Assembly: GCA_016192825.1 (NCBI GenBank)
Contig: JACPTK010000004.1
Coordinates: 2,905-66,904, forward strand
Reading direction: 5' to 3'
Length of the DNA: 64,000 bases
Origin: Betaproteobacteria bacterium
GTDB taxonomy: Bacteria > Pseudomonadota > Gammaproteobacteria > Burkholderiales > SG8-41
Below are positions 22,828-33,420 of the stretch, piece by piece. Within the stretch, counting starts at the first letter, position 1. Each line of letters begins with the position of its first letter. The notes below the pieces were generated by a model. That model searched no databases, was not told the DNA's origin, and was given only the letters and a program-made list of their open reading frames with translations. Both the position numbers and the translations under genes were made by a program.

Positions 22828-24063
22828 ATGGCAAAACAACCCTGGAAGACACACAACTGGTTCGTGAGCCAGTGGAATTACGCCGACGAGGTGCGCAAGG
22901 ATTTCAAGTTTCCCAAGCAGATCAAGATCCACGATATCACGCTGCGTGACGGCGAGCAGCAAACCGGCATCATCCTCAGCAAGGACGACAAGATCCGTAT
23001 TGCCGAAGCGCTGGCGGAAGCCGGGGTGCATCGCATCGAGGCGGGCATGCCGATCGTTTCGCCGTCCGACGCCGAAGCCATCAAGGAGATCGCCAGGCGC
23101 AACCTCGGCCCGCAGATCTTTGCTTTTTCGCGCTGCATGAAGGAGGACGTCCAGCGCGCGATCGACACCGGCGTCAATGGCGTGGTAATGGAGATTCCCT
23201 CCAGCCAGCACATGGTGGATCTCGCCTACAAGTGGCCGATGGAAAAAGCGATCGAGACGTCGATCGAGGCCACCAAGTTCGCTCAAAAGAACGGGCTGGA
23301 AGTCGTGTTCTTCCCCATCGACTTCTCGCGCTCGGAGATGAACTGGGTGTTGAACCTGATCAACCGGGTCGCGACCGAGGGCCACATGGACGCGCTCGCC
23401 CTGGTGGACACGTTCGGGGTCGTCTCGCCGCACGCGATGCGGTACTTCGTCCGCGAGGTCAAGAAGCGCATCAACAAGCGCCTCGAGGCGCACTTCCACC
23501 AGGACTTCGGCATGGGAGTCGCGAACACCATCATGGCGGCGGCCGAAGGCGTCGAGGTGCTGCACACGACCGTGCTCGGTGTCGGCGAGCGCGCCGGCAA
23601 CACGCCGATGGAGGAAACCGTCATGGCGTTGCTGACGATGTACGGCGTGGACGTCGGGCTCGACTACAGCAAGCTCACGCCGCTCGCCAACCTGGTGCAG
23701 AAACTGACCGGAGTGGACGTGCCGTCAAACAAACCCGTGGTGGGCAGGCAGCTCTACCAGATCGAGTCCGGCATCATCGCGAGCTGGTACAAGAACTGCG
23801 GCGAGGAGAATGCAACCGAGCTGTTCCCGGTGCGGTCGGGTTTCGTCGGGCAGCCGCCCGCCGAGGTGGTAATGGGCAAGGGCAGTGGCATCGATTCGGT
23901 CAAGGCATGGCTCGAGCACGTGGGTATCGAGGCGAGCGATGAAGAGGCCCTCAAGATGACGGCCGCGGTCAAGGGCTACTCGTTGAGCAACAAGCGCCTG
24001 CTGACCGAAGCGGAATTCCGCAAGATCGCACAGGACGTCATCGGTCAACGCGCTGCGGCGTAA
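22828..24063 (+). CDS. HMGL-like (DRE-TIM metallolyase) enzyme, homocitrate/isopropylmalate/citramalate-synthase-like
   Basis: 411 aa. Motifs: IHDITLRDGEQQTG, HFHQDFGMGVANT, GVGERAGNTPMEE. Confidence 0.8.
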   Translation: MAKQPWKTHNWFVSQWNYADEVRKDFKFPKQIKIHDITLRDGEQQTGIILSKDDKIRIAEALAEAGVHRIEAGMPIVSPSDAEAIKEIARRNLGPQIFAFSRCMKEDVQRAIDTGVNGVVMEIPSSQHMVDLAYKWPMEKAIETSIEATKFAQKNGLEVVFFPIDFSRSEMNWVLNLINRVATEGHMDALALVDTFGVVSPHAMRYFVREVKKRINKRLEAHFHQDFGMGVANTIMAAAEGVEVLHTTVLGVGERAGNTPMEETVMALLTMYGVDVGLDYSKLTPLANLVQKLTGVDVPSNKPVVGRQLYQIESGIIASWYKNCGEENATELFPVRSGFVGQPPAEVVMGKGSGIDSVKAWLEHVGIEASDEEALKMTAAVKGYSLSNKRLLTEAEFRKIAQDVIGQRAAA

Positions 24064-24113
24064 CACGGCTTGTGCAACAGCGAGCCGGCCACGTCCGAGA
24101 GGAGGATGAGGTC

Positions 24114-24986
24114 ATGACAGCAGCAACCAAGCCGGTAGTCCGGATCGCCCCCAACAACCAGGTATTCGACTTGCCGGTGATGGTCGGCATCGAGGAAGGG
24201 CTGTTCGAGCAGGCCGGGCTGGACGTGAGCTTCTCTGCGACCCACGCGGACCGCGAGCGGGACCGCGCGGAGAAACCGATCCTGTCGCGGCTCAAGGAGC
24301 AGCTGTTCGAGTGCGGGTCGGCCGACAGCTACAACGTTTGCGAGTGGGCGAGCATCGACCGGCTGGAGCGCGGCAAGCGCGGCGGCAACATCGCGGCCTT
24401 GCGCGCAGCAGTCGCGGCGCAGGCGATTCTCACCTTCGATGACGCGCTGCAGACGCCGCGCGACATGGCGGATGTCCCGGTCGTGGTGCAGGAGCTTACC
24501 GGGTCGCACTACACGACGTTGCAGATGCTCGAAAGCGCCGTGGGCAGCGACCATGTCAAGATCGTGCACGGCGGCCTGCCGCAGATGCGCTGGGCGGGAT
24601 TGAAGAACGGCACCGCCCGCGCGGTGACGGTGATGGAGCCGTTCATCAGCCTCGGCCTCAAGGAGGGCGCGCACATCATCGCCTCTTCGTTCTATCGTGG
24701 CGGGGAAGTCGTGGCGGCCGAGCTGACGCCCGGGCAACGCAAGGCCTATTACGACGCCGAGAACCGGGCGGTGGATCTCATCAACGCCGATTTCTACAAG
24801 TACGCGCATCACGTGACGGCGCATGCCAAGGGCGCCTTGGAGCCGAACGAACTGCTGCGGGCATTCGTCCGCTACAAGCACGTCGATTACTACGATCCGG
24901 AGCTGTTCAACCGGGCCTACGACTGGATGCGGGCGCGGGGGATGACCGAAGGCCAGAGCCAGCACGCCGCGCTGGTGGCGGGCTGA
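24114..24986 (+). CDS. NMT1/THI5-like (periplasmic-binding-protein fold) protein without signal peptide
   Basis: About 290 aa from ATG 24114, with GAGAGGAGGA 7 nt upstream. The assignment is a weak fold-level call from overall pattern only. Confidence 0.5.
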   Translation: MTAATKPVVRIAPNNQVFDLPVMVGIEEGLFEQAGLDVSFSATHADRERDRAEKPILSRLKEQLFECGSADSYNVCEWASIDRLERGKRGGNIAALRAAVAAQAILTFDDALQTPRDMADVPVVVQELTGSHYTTLQMLESAVGSDHVKIVHGGLPQMRWAGLKNGTARAVTVMEPFISLGLKEGAHIIASSFYRGGEVVAAELTPGQRKAYYDAENRAVDLINADFYKYAHHVTAHAKGALEPNELLRAFVRYKHVDYYDPELFNRAYDWMRARGMTEGQSQHAALVAG

Positions 24987-25016
24987 TCGCCCGCCTCGAC
25001 GCCGTCAGCTTCGAAT

Positions 25017-26120
25017 CTATAGGGGCTTCTGCAGGTCGGCGATCACGGCGTTCAGGAAGCGTCCCGCCTCGCCGCCCGTCACCACGCGATGGTCGAAGGT
25101 GAGCGAGAGCGGCAGCATGCGGTGTATCGCGGGCCTGTCGTCCGCCACCACGACGCGCTTTTCGATGCGTCCGGCGCCGAGGATGGCAACGGTAGGCGGC
25201 AGCACCAGCGGCGAGGCGTAGCGTCCGGCGATCGAGCCGTAGTTGGACAGCGTGATGGTGTTCGCGCGCAGCTCCTCCGGCGGGACTTTCCTGGCGCGGG
25301 CGTCGACGATAAGTCTTTTCAGCGCGTCCCCGAGGTCGGCCTCGTCGCGCTCGCCGCAATTGCGCAGCACCGGCACCAGCAGTCCGTCCGGTGTGTCCAC
25401 GGCGATGCCGATGTCGATTTTCTTCAGGATCCAGCGGCCGATCTTCTCGCTGTCGTACCAGGCGTTGAGGGCGGGCTCGGCGCGACAGCCCGCGACGAGC
25501 GCGCGGATCAGCCGCAGCATGGTGGGCGCATCCGGGCCCCAGGACTCGATGTCGGCATCGTCCATGATCGTGGCGGAGGCGACTTCGGCGGTCGCGAGCT
25601 CCATGTTCTGCGCCATGGTCCGGCGCACGCCGCGGATCAGCTCGATCGGCCCGATCTCGGAGAGGATGCGCGCCGCGCGCTGCACGTCGCTTGCGGTGAT
25701 GAGCCCGTCGGCCCCGGTCGGCGTGACCATCGCGAGATCCACGTTGAGCCGGCGCGCAAGCGCGCGTACCGCCGGGGTGGCCTTGATGCCGCCGGTGGCG
25801 GGAGCCGGGGCGGCCGGCGCGTCCGCAACAACCTTCTTCCCGACCTCGACGACGCCGACGACGGTCCCGGTATCCGGTGCGTCGCTCTCGCCCTCGAAGG
25901 CGACCAGGGGCGCGCCGATGTGGGCGATGTCGCCGGGATTGCCGTAGAGCCTGGCGATCCTGCCGGCGTAAGGGGCGGGAATGTCCACCACCGCCTTGGC
26001 GGTCTCGACCGACACGATGGGCGTGTCGGCTTTCACCTCGTCGCCGATCTTGACGTGCCACTTGACGATCTCGGCCTCCTGCAGCCCTTCGCCGAGGTCC
26101 GGCAGCTTGAAAATTTTCAT
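25017..26120 (-). CDS. Dihydrolipoamide acyltransferase (E2) of a 2-oxoacid dehydrogenase complex
   Basis: 367 aa with one lipoyl domain (VSVETAKAVVDIPAP), a subunit-binding domain (ATPAVRALARRLNVDL) and a catalytic DHRVVTG. Confidence 0.9.
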   Translation of the reverse strand: MKIFKLPDLGEGLQEAEIVKWHVKIGDEVKADTPIVSVETAKAVVDIPAPYAGRIARLYGNPGDIAHIGAPLVAFEGESDAPDTGTVVGVVEVGKKVVADAPAAPAPATGGIKATPAVRALARRLNVDLAMVTPTGADGLITASDVQRAARILSEIGPIELIRGVRRTMAQNMELATAEVASATIMDDADIESWGPDAPTMLRLIRALVAGCRAEPALNAWYDSEKIGRWILKKIDIGIAVDTPDGLLVPVLRNCGERDEADLGDALKRLIVDARARKVPPEELRANTITLSNYGSIAGRYASPLVLPPTVAILGAGRIEKRVVVADDRPAIHRMLPLSLTFDHRVVTGGEAGRFLNAVIADLQKPL

Positions 26121-26254
26121 TGCATGAAAATCTTAATGAAGATTCGATAGGATGCCCGATTAAAGAATGGACGGCCTGAGCATTTTCGCGCTGAAGGGCG
26201 CGATGTGGTTCGCAACCGTGCTGTCGTCAAAATAGCCACGATCGAAGTCCATTC

Positions 26255-27235
26255 TTAGGCGAAGGCGAGCGTCTTCTTCACCGCCGCCACGATCTGCGCC
26301 TTGCCCGGCTGGTAGTGATGCTCCAGGCGCGGCAGCGGCACCACCACGTCATAACCGGTCACCCGCTGCACCGGGGCGAGCAGGTTGAGCAGGGCCTCTT
26401 CCGCCAGTCGCGCGGCAATCTCCGAGGCAAAGCTGCAGGTGCGGGGCGCTTCCGTGGCCACGATGCAGCGGCCGGTCTTGGCGACGGAGCCCAGTATCGT
26501 CTCCATGTCGAGCGGCTTGAGAGTTGCAACGTCGATCACCTCGGCGGCGACGCCCTGCTCGGCGAGCTCGTCCGCGGCGGCGAGCGCTTCCGGAATCATG
26601 CCGCCCCAGCCGACGAGCGTCACGTCGGAGCCCTCGCGCAGCGTGAAGCAGGCATCGAGCGCCATCGCTTCGCCGCTGTCGGCGACCTCTTCCTTGAACA
26701 GGCGGTAGAGCCGCGTCGGCTCGAGAAAAACAACCGGGTCGGGGTCGCGGATCGCGGCGAGCAGCAGGCCATAGGCGCGGCGGGGCGAGGAGGGGTACAC
26801 CACGCGGATGCCCGGGATATGGGCGTACATCGCTTCGGGACTTTCCGAGTGGTGCTCGGGCGCGTGAATGCCGGCGCCGCACGGCATTCTCAGCACCATC
26901 GGGCAGGAGAGCCGGCCCTGGGTGCGATGGCGCATGCGCCCGGCGTGGTTGAGGATCTGGTCGATCGTGGTGTAGGCGAAGCCGGAGAACTGGATTTCGG
27001 CCACCGGCTTCAAGCCCTCCACCGACATGCCGATTGCCATGCCGGCGATCAGCGCTTCGGCAAGCGGGGTGTCGATCACGCGCTCGGGCCCGAAGCGCTC
27101 GGTGAGCCCCAGCGTCGCGCGGAATACGCCGCCGTCCACGCCGACATCCTCGCCCAGGACGACCACGCCGGGGTCGCGCTCCATCTCGCCCTTCAGCGCG
27201 AGGTTGATGGCTTCAACGAGGGTGATTTGCGCCAT
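26255..27235 (-). CDS. 2-oxoacid dehydrogenase E1 component beta subunit
   Basis: 326 aa with typical transketolase-like E1beta blocks (VVVLGEDVG..GGVFR, RVIDTPLAE, PCGAGIHAPEHHS). Confidence 0.92.
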   Translation of the reverse strand: MAQITLVEAINLALKGEMERDPGVVVLGEDVGVDGGVFRATLGLTERFGPERVIDTPLAEALIAGMAIGMSVEGLKPVAEIQFSGFAYTTIDQILNHAGRMRHRTQGRLSCPMVLRMPCGAGIHAPEHHSESPEAMYAHIPGIRVVYPSSPRRAYGLLLAAIRDPDPVVFLEPTRLYRLFKEEVADSGEAMALDACFTLREGSDVTLVGWGGMIPEALAAADELAEQGVAAEVIDVATLKPLDMETILGSVAKTGRCIVATEAPRTCSFASEIAARLAEEALLNLLAPVQRVTGYDVVVPLPRLEHHYQPGKAQIVAAVKKTLAFA

Positions 27236-27244
27236 CTGCGATCA

Positions 27245-27275
27245 GGTAATGGGTAATGGGTAATGAGTAATGAGC
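27245..27275 (+). repeat. Heptamer array GGTAATG x3, AGTAATG, AGCATCA (left arm of an inverted pair)
   Basis: Read directly. The reverse-complement array lies at 27663-27690. Confidence 0.92.
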
Positions 27276-27287
27276 ATCAAAACCCGG

Positions 27288-27665
27288 TTAGGACCGGACT
27301 GCCTTGTGAAGCCCCGTTACCAATCTGGAGACTTGATTTACAACATTGAAAATTGGATCGTTGCTATTGATGTAGCCCAGATCACTGGCGATAAGCAACT
27401 GTGTCTCCAGTTCGCTCAGCGAGCCTCGTGCCACGTTCAAGAACTGAGCGAACTCCCTGTTTCCTGTGCGCGCGGCACCCTCTGCAATATTGCTGGGAAT
27501 TGAGACTGCGGCGCGACGCATCTGCGAGACCAATCCAAACATCTCTTCCCTGGGAAATTTCTGTGTTAGTAAATAGACGTCCTTGACCAAAGCTCTGGAT
27601 ACCTTCCAGGCCTCCAGCTTGTGGTGGCCCCTTCCAGCACTTTCTGGTTGTCGTTCAGCGCCCAT
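27288..27665 (-). CDS. Four-helix-bundle protein (23S rRNA intervening-sequence protein / S23p family, Avd-like)
   Basis: About 125 aa. Family signature: ..KLEAWK..L....Y.LT..FP..E.FGL.SQMRRAAVSIPSNIAEG..R....EF.QFL..A.GSL.ELETQL. G+C is visibly lower than in the neighbouring genes. The gene is bracketed by inverted heptamer arrays. Confidence 0.9.
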   Translation of the reverse strand: MGAERQPESAGRGHHKLEAWKVSRALVKDVYLLTQKFPREEMFGLVSQMRRAAVSIPSNIAEGAARTGNREFAQFLNVARGSLSELETQLLIASDLGYINSNDPIFNVVNQVSRLVTGLHKAVRS

Positions 27666-27690
27666 CACTCATTACCCATTACTCATTACC
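27663..27690 (+). repeat. Heptamer array CATCACT, CATTACC, CATTACT, CATTACC (right arm, reverse complement of GGTAATG)
   Basis: Read directly. It contains the start of the four-helix-bundle gene and the last codons plus the stop of E1alpha. Confidence 0.92.
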
Positions 27691-28743
27691 CAGTGCAGCG
27701 GCCCGCTGGCGCGCGAGTGCTGCGGGCAACTGCGCGTAGAGATGGTCGAACATCTGCGCTGCGGCCGGAGGCGGCGTGTCGAGGTAGGCCTGCGCCGCGG
27801 CCTGCACCTGCGCGTTGCATTCCCTGAGCAGCGCGTCCTCCTTCGACTTGTCCCAGGCGCCGGATTCCATGAGGTGGGCGCGCAGCCGCACAAGGGGCTC
27901 GAGCTTCCATGCTTCCGCCAACTCGTCCGGGCTGCGGTAGCGCGAGGCGTCGTCGGCCGTGGTGTGGTCGGCGAGCCGGTAGGCAAGGGCCTCGATCAGC
28001 GTGGGGCCGCCGCCGGCGCGGGCTTTCGCGAGCGCCTGCTCCATGGCGTGGCGCACGGCGATGACATCGTTGCCGTCCACCTGCAGGCCTTCGATGCCGG
28101 CGGCGATGGCCTTCTGGGCGAGCGTGTGCGCCGCGGTCTGCTTCGCCCGCGGCACCGAGATCGCCCACTGATTGTTGGCGACGACGAAGACGAGGGGCAG
28201 CTTCCAGACGCCGGCGGCATTGAGACCCTCGTAGAAATCGCCCTTGGAGGTTGCGCCGTCGCCCAGCGCGCACACCGCCACGCGCGGCTCCCGCCGCAGC
28301 TTCATGGCGTAGGCGACTCCGACCGCGTGTGTTGCGTGCGCGGCGATGGTGATGCAAACAGGGAAGTCCCGGCGAGGGCCGGCATAATCGCTTCCGCGTT
28401 CGTCCCCGCCCCAATAGAGAAACAGCTCCTTGAGCGTCACGCCGCGCATCAGCTGCGCGCCGTTCTCGCGGTAGGTCACGAGCAGGACATCGTCCCTCGC
28501 CATCGCGGAACCGACCCCGGCTTCGATCGCCTCGTTGCCGAGCATCGAGGCGAAAGTACCGAGCTGTCCGGTGCGCTGCAGCGCGATCGCCTTGGCGTCA
28601 TAGGCGCGCATCAGCGCCATCCAGCGGTAGAGGGAGACGAGTATCCGGGGATCATGCGCGAAGCCCGGCAGGGCCTGCAGCGCCTTGCCGTGGGGATCGA
28701 GGAACTGTAAGTACCGGACCTCGAATTTGGCGGTGATATTCAA
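27679..28743 (-). CDS. 2-oxoacid dehydrogenase E1 component alpha subunit (TPP-dependent)
   Basis: 354 aa with a TPP motif region (GDGATSKGDFYEGLNAAGVWKLPLVFVVANNQWAIS). The C-terminal ..GNE-stop is encoded by the heptamer array. Confidence 0.9.
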   Translation of the reverse strand: MNITAKFEVRYLQFLDPHGKALQALPGFAHDPRILVSLYRWMALMRAYDAKAIALQRTGQLGTFASMLGNEAIEAGVGSAMARDDVLLVTYRENGAQLMRGVTLKELFLYWGGDERGSDYAGPRRDFPVCITIAAHATHAVGVAYAMKLRREPRVAVCALGDGATSKGDFYEGLNAAGVWKLPLVFVVANNQWAISVPRAKQTAAHTLAQKAIAAGIEGLQVDGNDVIAVRHAMEQALAKARAGGGPTLIEALAYRLADHTTADDASRYRSPDELAEAWKLEPLVRLRAHLMESGAWDKSKEDALLRECNAQVQAAAQAYLDTPPPAAAQMFDHLYAQLPAALARQRAAALGNE

Positions 28744-28891
28744 GCCGGGCCCCCGGAAGTGACCATTGGCCGAATTCTACCTTCCCGGCCCGCATTCCTG
28801 CTGCCCGGTTACGCGGACGAGGGGCGGCAGCGATGCCGCGCGGCTTTGTGGGACAATGCCCGCCATCAATTCACGCATTTCAGGGTCGGAA

Positions 28892-29995
28892 ATGAATCTC
28901 GGTTTCTTCACGATGCCGATGCACCCGCCGGGGCGAAACTATACGCAGACGCTCCGGGAGGATCGCGAGGCGGTGCTGCTGGCGGACCGTCTGGGATATT
29001 GCGAGGCCTTCATCGGCGAGCACATCACCGATGTGTGCGAGACCATCCCGTCGTGCCTGACGTTTATCGCGAGCGTCGCCCACGACACCCGGCAGATCCG
29101 GCTCGGCAGCGGCACCGTCAACCTGCCCAACAACCACCCGGTCCAGGTGGCCGCGCACGTTGCGATGGTGGATCACATGCTGGAGGGGCGTTTCATTTTC
29201 GGCATCGGACCGGGCGGGCTGCGCTCCGACATGGAGGTGTGCGGAAACCTGGACGCCGATCGCAACGCGATGTTCGTCGAATGCATCGACCAGATCCTCG
29301 CGATCTGGGCGGGCGATGCGCCGTACAACCTGAAGGGACGCTACTGGAACATCTCCACCGAGCGCACGCTCATCCGCGAGGCGGGACAGGGCGTGATCCT
29401 GAAGCCGTTCCAGAAGCCGCATCCCCCCATCGTGGTGACCGTCATCGCACCGCACTCGAAGGGGCTGGTCGCGGCGGCGCAGCGCGGCTGGCGACCGATT
29501 TCCGCCAATTTCCTGCAACCCCGTTGGGCGGCGACGCACTGGCCCATGTATCGGCAGGGTCGCGAGCTTGCCGGTCAACGCGCCGATCCACGGGATTGGC
29601 GCGTTTGCAAGAGCATCTTCGTGGCCGACGACGACGTCGCCGCGCGCCGTTACGCTACAAGCGCGGACGGGCCGTACGGATTCTATTACTGGAACCTGCT
29701 GACCAAGCGCAGGGGCCATGGCAACGTGGACATCTTCAAGCACGATCTGGGCGTTCCGGACGCCGCGGTGACCGTGGACTACCTGCTCGACCGGCTGGTG
29801 ATCTGCGGCGGCGTCGCGAGCGTGGTGGACCAGCTGCTCGCGTTCCGCGAAACGGTGGGGGATTTCGGCACGCTGCTCTACTGCGGCCACGACTGGGCCG
29901 ATCCGAAGCTCGCGCGCCGCTCGATGGAGCTGATGGCGGAGAAGGTGATGCCCGCAGTCAACGCGGCGCTTGGCCCTGCGTCATGCGCCGCTTGA
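28892..29995 (+). CDS. Luciferase-like (LLM class) flavin-dependent monooxygenase
   Basis: About 367 aa from ATG 28892 (MNLGFFTMPMHPPGR..). It shows an LLM pattern (IGEH.., LGSGTVNLPNNHP). The track ORF starts earlier, at 28766. Confidence 0.82.
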   Translation: MNLGFFTMPMHPPGRNYTQTLREDREAVLLADRLGYCEAFIGEHITDVCETIPSCLTFIASVAHDTRQIRLGSGTVNLPNNHPVQVAAHVAMVDHMLEGRFIFGIGPGGLRSDMEVCGNLDADRNAMFVECIDQILAIWAGDAPYNLKGRYWNISTERTLIREAGQGVILKPFQKPHPPIVVTVIAPHSKGLVAAAQRGWRPISANFLQPRWAATHWPMYRQGRELAGQRADPRDWRVCKSIFVADDDVAARRYATSADGPYGFYYWNLLTKRRGHGNVDIFKHDLGVPDAAVTVDYLLDRLVICGGVASVVDQLLAFRETVGDFGTLLYCGHDWADPKLARRSMELMAEKVMPAVNAALGPASCAA

Positions 29996-30023
29996 GTGAT
30001 GAGAGATGAGTGACGGGTGACGG
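29993..30023 (+). repeat. Short heptamer array TGAGTGA, TGAGAGA, TGAGTGA, CGGGTGA
   Basis: Four units; the first TGA is the LLM gene stop codon. There is no clear inverted partner. Confidence 0.6.
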
Positions 30024-30055
30024 AAAACAAAACGCCCCGCGTGGTTCTCGCGCGG
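30024..30055 (-). terminator. Weak candidate terminator of aconitase 2 (possibly bidirectional)
   Basis: Short GC stem CCGCG / CGCGG with a 9-nt loop. On the minus strand it is followed by GGCGTTTTGTTTT. Confidence 0.4.
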
Positions 30056-30115
30056 TATTCTTGTTAATTTACTTCTCTCGGTGTCCTGGTGGTTCAGTGC
30101 CTGCCTGTTCATGTT

Positions 30116-32809
<2,694 letters not shown>

Positions 32810-33349
32810 TCAGCTTCCTTTCTCCGGTCTGCGGTGCTGCTTGAATTCCGCGAATTTCCGGGTCTTGTAGGCGCCGCTCGCGACGAATTCGCCCAGCAGC
32901 AGGAATTCATCCGCCTCGCGGATCGTGCCGACGATGCGCACGACCTCGTTGCCGGCGAGATCGTGGAAAACGAGCGTGGGCGTGCCTTTGACTCTTGCCG
33001 ACTGCGCGTAGCTCTTCTCGGTGTGCCCGCGCCCGGCGAAATCGGTGAGCGGCACCGAGCTGTGAATGTCGATCGCGAAATTGAGGAAGCGGCTGCGATA
33101 GAACTTCTGCACCTCGGGGTGGCTGAGCACGTGGGTTTTCATGTGAATGCAGCCGGGACAGCCTTCCTGCTCGAACATGAGGAACACCGCTGTTTTCCCG
33201 GCGCTTTTCGCGTCGGCGAGCTCGTCCTTGAGGTCCCCGGTGTTGGGATTGAAGAAGTGGGTGTAGGGATCGCGGGCCTCCGCCGCAAGCGCAGGGGCGG
33301 CACCGAAGAGGCCGCACAGCATCAGGAGCAACGCGAGATTGCGAATCAT
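32810..33349 (-). CDS. Secreted thioredoxin-fold protein (CPGC motif)
   Basis: About 179 aa from ATG 33349. Sec-type signal peptide MIRNLALLLMLCGLFGAAPALA|AE and the redox motif EQEGCPGCIHM. The track start at 33370 lies inside the heptamer array. Confidence 0.7.
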   Translation of the reverse strand: MIRNLALLLMLCGLFGAAPALAAEARDPYTHFFNPNTGDLKDELADAKSAGKTAVFLMFEQEGCPGCIHMKTHVLSHPEVQKFYRSRFLNFAIDIHSSVPLTDFAGRGHTEKSYAQSARVKGTPTLVFHDLAGNEVVRIVGTIREADEFLLLGEFVASGAYKTRKFAEFKQHRRPEKGS

Positions 33350-33359
33350 CAGCCGCCTT

Positions 33360-33414
33360 TCACCAGTCACGAGTCACGAGTCACGAGTCACGAGTCACGA
33401 GTCACGAGTCACGA
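33360..33414. repeat. Tandem heptamer array: TCACCA + (GTCACGA) x7 perfect
   Basis: Counted directly: seven identical units at 33366-33414, between the prpD stop and the thioredoxin-fold gene start. Confidence 0.97.
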
Positions 33415-33420
33415 GCAGTA

